Shown here piece by piece: positions 59,394 to 64,000 of a DNA stretch of 64,000 bases. A model generated the notes under the pieces. That model saw only the letters and a list, made by a program, of their open reading frames with translations. It searched no databases and was not told the DNA's origin. This stretch comes from Brevundimonas sp. (GTDB lineage: Bacteria; Pseudomonadota; Alphaproteobacteria; Caulobacterales; Caulobacteraceae): contig JACVCC010000004.1 of NCBI GenBank assembly GCA_016742215.1, positions 245,006 to 309,005 on the forward strand. Direction: 5' to 3'. How positions within the stretch are numbered: position 1 is the stretch's first letter; the number at the start of each line of letters is the position of its first letter. Both the position numbers and the translations under genes were made by a program.

Positions 59394-61250
59394 ATGCGTC
59401 GTCTGCTGATCTCCACCGCCTGTGTCGCTGCGATCATCGCGGGCGCGCCCTCGACGGCCCTCGCCCAGAGTGCCCCTGCGTCCCCGGCGGATGTGTCGAT
59501 CCAGACCGAGGACGCCCGACTGGCGGCCTTCTTCGAGCAGGCGTGGCAGGCGAGGATCGCGCTGTCGCCGCAGACGATGACGTCGCTGGGCATCAAGACC
59601 GACTACGACAAGCTGGACGACGCCACCGACGCGGCCGCGGAGCGGTCGCTGGCCCTGGCCGAGAGCCAGCTGGCGCAGATGCAGGCGCAGTTCGATCCGG
59701 CGACCGTCAGCGCCGACAGCCGGATGTCGATGCGGCTGTTCGAGTACGGGGTGCAGCAGGCGCGGCTGTCGAACCGCTGGCGGGAATGGGGCTTCCAGTT
59801 CGCGGCGAACGGCAACCCCACCACCGGCCTGCCGGTCTTCCTGATCAACAACCACCGGATCGGCAGCGTCAGCGACGCCGAGGCCTATGTGTCCCGTATC
59901 CGCGCCTCGGAACGGGTCATGGGTCAGATTGCGGACGAGCTGCGCCAGCGGGCGGCGGCCGGGGTGATCTCGCCCAACTTCGTGTTCGAGCCCTCGATCG
60001 CCAACACCCGCAACATCATCACCGGCGCGCCCTTCGACGACGCCGCGGACAATCCGGTCTGGGCCGACTTCCAGCGCAAGGTCGGCGCGCTGGAGACCGA
60101 TCAGGCGACGAAGGACCGGCTGCTGGCGGACGGGCGCGCGGCCCTGACCGGCGAGTGGAAGCGCGGCTATGAGACGGTGCTGACGGCGCTGGCCGAGGTG
60201 CAGCAGCAGGCGGCGGCCATGCCGAACCGCGACGGCGGCGTGTGGCGACTGCCGGAGGGCGAGGCCTACTACAACGCCCGCCTGCAGCTCTCGACCACCA
60301 CCGAGCTGACCGCCGACCAGATCCACCAGATCGGCCTGGACGAGGTGGAGCGCATCCACGGCGAGATGCAGGCGATCATGGATCAGGTGGGCTTCGAGGG
60401 CTCGCTGCAGGAGATGTTCACCCTGCTGAAGACCGATCCGCGCTTCCAGTATCCGAACACGCCGGAGGGCAAGGAGCAGTATCTGACCGACGCCCGCGCC
60501 TTCATCGCCCAGGTGATGGAGGCCGCGCCGCAGTGGTTCAGCGACCTGCCCGAGGCGGCGCTGGAGGTCCGGGCCGTGGAGGCGTGGCGCGAGGCGACCG
60601 CTTCGATCGCCTTCTACAACGCCCCGGCTCCGGACGGATCACGGCCGGGCATCTACTACGTCAACCTGTCGGACATGACCCAGGTGCTGAAGCCGCAGAT
60701 CGAGGGCATCAGCTATCACGAGGGCGCGCCGGGCCATCACTTCCAGATCGCCTATGCGCAGGAGATGGAGGGGATGCCGTCGTTCCGCCGGTTCGGCGGC
60801 TACGGCGCCTATGCCGAAGGCTGGGGCCTGTACGCCGAGCGGCTGGGCAAGGAGATGGGCTTCTATCAGGACCCGTACTCGGACTTCGGCCGCCTATCGA
60901 CCGAGCTGTGGCGGGCGGTCCGCCTGGTGACGGACACCGGCCTGCACGCCAAGCAATGGAGCCGCGAACAGGCGATCGAGTATTTCCGCGCCAACTCGCT
61001 GCTGAGCGAGCGCGACATCGTCAAGGAAGTCGAGCGCTACATCACCAATCCGGGTCAGGCGACCAGCTACAAGATCGGCGAACTGAAGATCATGGAGCTG
61101 CGTGATCGGGCGCGGACGGCGCTGGGCGACCGGTTCAACATCCGCGACTTCCACGCGGTCGTCCTCGGCTCAGGCTCGGTGCCGCTGGACGTTCTTGAGG
61201 ATCAGGTGGACGCGTGGATCGCGGCCGGCGGCGGGGCGCCCGCCGCCTGA
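59394..61250 (+). CDS. DUF885 family secreted protein (putative metallopeptidase)
   Basis: HEGAPGHHFQ, EGWGLYAE, DTGLH and PGQATSYKIG motifs. Confidence 0.92.
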   Translation: MRRLLISTACVAAIIAGAPSTALAQSAPASPADVSIQTEDARLAAFFEQAWQARIALSPQTMTSLGIKTDYDKLDDATDAAAERSLALAESQLAQMQAQFDPATVSADSRMSMRLFEYGVQQARLSNRWREWGFQFAANGNPTTGLPVFLINNHRIGSVSDAEAYVSRIRASERVMGQIADELRQRAAAGVISPNFVFEPSIANTRNIITGAPFDDAADNPVWADFQRKVGALETDQATKDRLLADGRAALTGEWKRGYETVLTALAEVQQQAAAMPNRDGGVWRLPEGEAYYNARLQLSTTTELTADQIHQIGLDEVERIHGEMQAIMDQVGFEGSLQEMFTLLKTDPRFQYPNTPEGKEQYLTDARAFIAQVMEAAPQWFSDLPEAALEVRAVEAWREATASIAFYNAPAPDGSRPGIYYVNLSDMTQVLKPQIEGISYHEGAPGHHFQIAYAQEMEGMPSFRRFGGYGAYAEGWGLYAERLGKEMGFYQDPYSDFGRLSTELWRAVRLVTDTGLHAKQWSREQAIEYFRANSLLSERDIVKEVERYITNPGQATSYKIGELKIMELRDRARTALGDRFNIRDFHAVVLGSGSVPLDVLEDQVDAWIAAGGGAPAA

Positions 61251-61269
61251 TCCGCGTGTGGCCCGGGGC

Positions 61270-61509
61270 CTAGTGCGCCTCGGGCGGCCGGGCCGCCGGG
61301 TCGTGGTAGGGGCTTTCGTTCTTCTTCAGCTTGCCCAGCACGAACTCGCGGTCGCAGTAGCCGCACTCGACGTGGTCGTCCTCGCCCATGTCCATATAGA
61401 CCAGCGGGTGGCCGAGGGCGCCGCCGCCACCGTCGCAGGACACGCGCTTGGACGTGACCACGATCTTTTCCGGCGGGGGGATGATCGCATCGGCGGGGCG
61501 CGTGGGCAT
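61270..61509 (-). CDS. zf-CHCC zinc-finger protein (NDUFS6-like)
   Basis: CDGGGGALGHPLVY...CGYC motif. Confidence 0.9.
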   Translation of the reverse strand: MPTRPADAIIPPPEKIVVTSKRVSCDGGGGALGHPLVYMDMGEDDHVECGYCDREFVLGKLKKNESPYHDPAARPPEAH

Positions 61510-61608
61510 TCGGCAGGCTCTGGCTTGGCGATTGGGTCGGGCGCACATAGGTATGCGCGCGCGCTCCTTACCGTCAAACGGAGCCGCTCGAAACCCGAAA
61601 GCGCCTGA

Positions 61609-62583
61609 ATGACCGACACCATCGCCCTGCCCGACAACGCCATCGAGGTCCGCGGGCTGGAAAAGACCTATGCCGGCACCAAGAAGGCCGCGCCCAAGAC
61701 CGCCCTCCGCGGGGTCGATCTGGTCATCCCGCGCGGCTCGATGTTCGGCCTGCTGGGACCCAATGGCGCGGGCAAGTCGACGCTGATCAACATCCTGTCG
61801 GGCATCGTGAACAAGAGCGCCGGGACGGTGACGATCTGGGGCCGCGACATCGACAAACAGCCGCGCGACGCCGCCGCGGCGCTGGGCGTCGTGCCGCAGG
61901 AGATCGTGGCCGACGTCTTCTTCACCCCGCGCGAAGCGCTGGAGGTTCAGGCCGGCTTCTATGGCGTTCCGAAGAACGAGCGACGCTCGGACGAGCTGCT
62001 GGCCGCCCTGGGCCTGTCGGACAAGGCCAATGCCTATGTCCGCGCCCTGTCCGGCGGGATGAAGCGCCGCCTGATGGTGGCCAAGGCGCTGGTGCACAAT
62101 CCGCCGATCCTGATCCTCGACGAGCCGACCGCCGGGGTCGATGTCGAGCTGCGTCGCCAGCTTTGGGAGTATGTCCGCAAGATCAACGCCGAAGGCGTGA
62201 CCATCCTGCTGACCACCCACTATCTCGAGGAGGCGCAGGAGCTCTGCGACACGATCGCCATCGTCAACCGCGGTCAGGTCGTGGCCTGCGAGCCGACGCC
62301 GCAGCTGCTGCGCCGGCTGGACACCCGCAACGTCGTGGTGACGCCCGAGGGCGAGCTGGACGGTCTGCCGACAGTAAAGGGCTTCGAGGTGGTGGGTCGC
62401 CCGAACGGCGCCTTCGCCATCAGCTACAAGAAGGGCCAGTCGTCGGTGGAGCAGGTGCTGGCGGCCGTGCGCGCGGCCGGCGTGACGATCGCCGACATCT
62501 CGACCGAGGACCCGGATCTGGAAGACGTCTTCCTGGCTCTGACCTACGGGGATGCGTCGCAGGTCGATCCGACGAGGGACTAG
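61609..62583 (+). CDS. ABC transporter ATP-binding protein (YadG-like, no adjacent permease)
   Basis: [16 protein letters not shown] and LDEPTAGVD motifs. Confidence 0.92.
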   Translation: MTDTIALPDNAIEVRGLEKTYAGTKKAAPKTALRGVDLVIPRGSMFGLLGPNGAGKSTLINILSGIVNKSAGTVTIWGRDIDKQPRDAAAALGVVPQEIVADVFFTPREALEVQAGFYGVPKNERRSDELLAALGLSDKANAYVRALSGGMKRRLMVAKALVHNPPILILDEPTAGVDVELRRQLWEYVRKINAEGVTILLTTHYLEEAQELCDTIAIVNRGQVVACEPTPQLLRRLDTRNVVVTPEGELDGLPTVKGFEVVGRPNGAFAISYKKGQSSVEQVLAAVRAAGVTIADISTEDPDLEDVFLALTYGDASQVDPTRD

Positions 62584-62646
62584 GGGCTAGGGGCTAGGGC
62601 TAGGGCTAGGGCTAGGGCTAGGGCTAGGGCTAGGGCTAGGGGCTAG
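62580..62646 (+). repeat. Telomere-like tandem repeat (CTAGGG/CTAGGGG)n, G-quadruplex-type
   Basis: CTAGGGG x2, CTAGGG x7, CTAGGGG, CTAG. Confidence 0.95.
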
Positions 62647-62693
62647 CGAGTGTTGGCCGTTTGCACGGCAGCGCCAGATCTCACCTCGGCTTC

Positions 62694-62726
62694 GCCTAAC
62701 CCCTAATCCCTAGCCCCTCGTCCCTA
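62694..62726 (-). repeat. Degenerate inverted arm of the same repeat
   Basis: Minus strand TAGGG-ACGAGGGG-CTAGGG-ATTAGGGG-TTAGGC. Confidence 0.8.
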
Positions 62727-63137
62727 CAGAACCATCACCGTGCCGATGAGCAGACGGGCGCCGGGGCGGCCGACGGCCTGATTGGTGGCCGCCTGAAGCC
62801 GGGCGACAAGGCGTTCAAGGTCTGGCGGAGCGCCCGGAAGCATTTCGGCCGCGGCCTGCTGAAGCACCGAGGCATAGGCCGCACGCAGACGAGGGGCGGA
62901 CTGGGCCACACGGGTGCGGAGCGCCGCATCGGGCGTGTCCACGCCGGTCTCGACGGTCATTACGCCCATGGCGCCGCCGGGACGGCGGACATTGGCCGTG
63001 ATCGTGGGCAGGCGCAGATAGCTCTGCTGGGCGCCGCCCCCACCGCCTCCACCTCCACCCGCGACGGCGGGCGTGGCGGCCGCGGCTGCGGCGACGGTCA
63101 GAACGGGGGCGAGGCCCAGAAGCGCGCGACGATCCAT
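62724..63137 (-). CDS. FliL-like exported protein with Tat-like signal and poly-Gly linker
   Basis: MDRRALLG...AVA, G9, YLRLPTITANV...PRLRAAY; pattern resembles FliL C-terminal domains. Confidence 0.6.
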   Translation of the reverse strand: MDRRALLGLAPVLTVAAAAAATPAVAGGGGGGGGGAQQSYLRLPTITANVRRPGGAMGVMTVETGVDTPDAALRTRVAQSAPRLRAAYASVLQQAAAEMLPGAPPDLERLVARLQAATNQAVGRPGARLLIGTVMVL

Positions 63138-63195
63138 ACGGGTCTTCTCGCACAGGCCGCTTAACATTCCCTTTGGTCCGGCCTACCCGGATTTG

Positions 63196-63831
63196 ATGAC
63201 CAAGCCGCGCGAGATCGACACCGGACTGGAGGGCTTTCGCTACTGGCCCGGCGCGCTGGACGCGGCGGCGCAGAAGGCCCTGCTCGACGCGGTGCTGGCG
63301 GCGGTGGAGGCCGCGCCCTTCTATCTGCCGGTCACGCCCGGCGGACGGCCGTTCTCGGTGCGGATGAGCAATCTGGGGCCGGCAGGCTGGGTCTCGGACC
63401 GGGCGGGCTACCGCTATCAGGCGACCCATCCCGAGACCGGCCGACCGTGGCCGTCGATCCCGCAGCGGCTGCTCGATCTCTGGCGCGACCTGACCGGCTG
63501 GCCGGAGCCGCCGGATGCGTGCCTGGTCAATCTGTACCGCGAGAACGCTAAGATGGGCCTGCATCAGGATCGGGACGAGGCGGACCTGACCGCGCCGGTG
63601 CTGTCGGTGTCGCTGGGTGACACGGCGGTGTTTCGTGTGGGCGCGGCGGAGGGCGGAGCGACGCGATCGCTTAAGCTGGCCTCGGGCGACGTCTGCGCCC
63701 TGACCGGGCCGGCGCGACTGGCGCGACACGGGATCGACCGCCTGCTGCCCGGCTCTTCGGGCCTGATCCCCGGCGGCGGACGGATCAATCTGACGCTGCG
63801 AAAGGCCCTGCCGTCTTCACGGCAATCGTGA
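63196..63831 (+). CDS. alkB: AlkB alpha-ketoglutarate-dependent dioxygenase
   Basis: GWVSDRAGYRY, DACLVNLY, MGLHQDRDE, HGIDR and RINLTLR motifs. Confidence 0.93.
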   Translation: MTKPREIDTGLEGFRYWPGALDAAAQKALLDAVLAAVEAAPFYLPVTPGGRPFSVRMSNLGPAGWVSDRAGYRYQATHPETGRPWPSIPQRLLDLWRDLTGWPEPPDACLVNLYRENAKMGLHQDRDEADLTAPVLSVSLGDTAVFRVGAAEGGATRSLKLASGDVCALTGPARLARHGIDRLLPGSSGLIPGGGRINLTLRKALPSSRQS

Positions 63832-63888
63832 CTCGACGCTGACGGGCGCCCCGGCCACTGTCGGGCCCAGCCAGACAGGAGCCCGCCG

Positions 63889-64000
63889 ATGACGACGCTG
63901 AACCGCCCCGAAGGTCCGCAGGCCGACGATGTGAATCTGAGCCGTCGCAGTCTGGGCGTGGGCGTCGCGGGCGGTCTGTTCATCGCCGGCTATGCGCCAG
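63889..64000 (+). CDS. 5' fragment of a protein with a Tat-like motif (possibly dienelactone hydrolase family)
   Basis: RBS AGGAG; MTTLNRPEGPQADDVNLSRRSLGVGVAGGLFIAGYAP runs off the window end. Confidence 0.5.
   Translation, partial: MTTLNRPEGPQADDVNLSRRSLGVGVAGGLFIAGYAP

Noticed and set aside
62580-62646. Repeat considered as a CRISPR array or a real telomere
   Set aside because: The units are 6-7 bp with no spacers and no cas genes, and the repeat is internal, between ordinary genes

Overview
GC-rich alphaproteobacterial chromosome segment, most likely Caulobacteraceae (Brevundimonas-like; inferred from gene content and order). It is densely coding core genome. It holds regA-regB/sco, phaZ, a class A PBP, a Kef-type antiporter, an M13 peptidase, hisS, hbd, tRNA-Ala(CGC), trhO, chvI-chvG-hprK-EIIA-HPr, an ArsR-SRPBCC-RibD-SRPBCC-GST operon, ABC genes, a probable stress cluster, motA, mnmC, methylmalonyl-CoA mutase, tRNA-Val(GAC), cpdR, ppa, cobT, coq7, dsbB and alkB. 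I saw no integrase, transposase, prophage, CRISPR array or defence system. The most interesting signals are non-coding or small. (1) Two putative sRNAs 35 kb apart are complementary over 15 contiguous nt: an MmgR/suhB (alpha-r8, Sis-like) RNA and a probable CrfA-like sponge after hisS. (2) A telomere-like (CTAGGG)n G-quadruplex-type repeat has an inverted partner arm, and each arm begins at the stop codon of one of two convergent genes. (3) Three tandem disordered lipoprotein genes each have a distinct putative promoter. (4) A structured leader lies before the mutase operon. (5) Degenerate CtrA-like and sigmaT-like promoter motifs sit in front of uncharacterised genes. All calls come from reading the sequence by eye; no database search was run.
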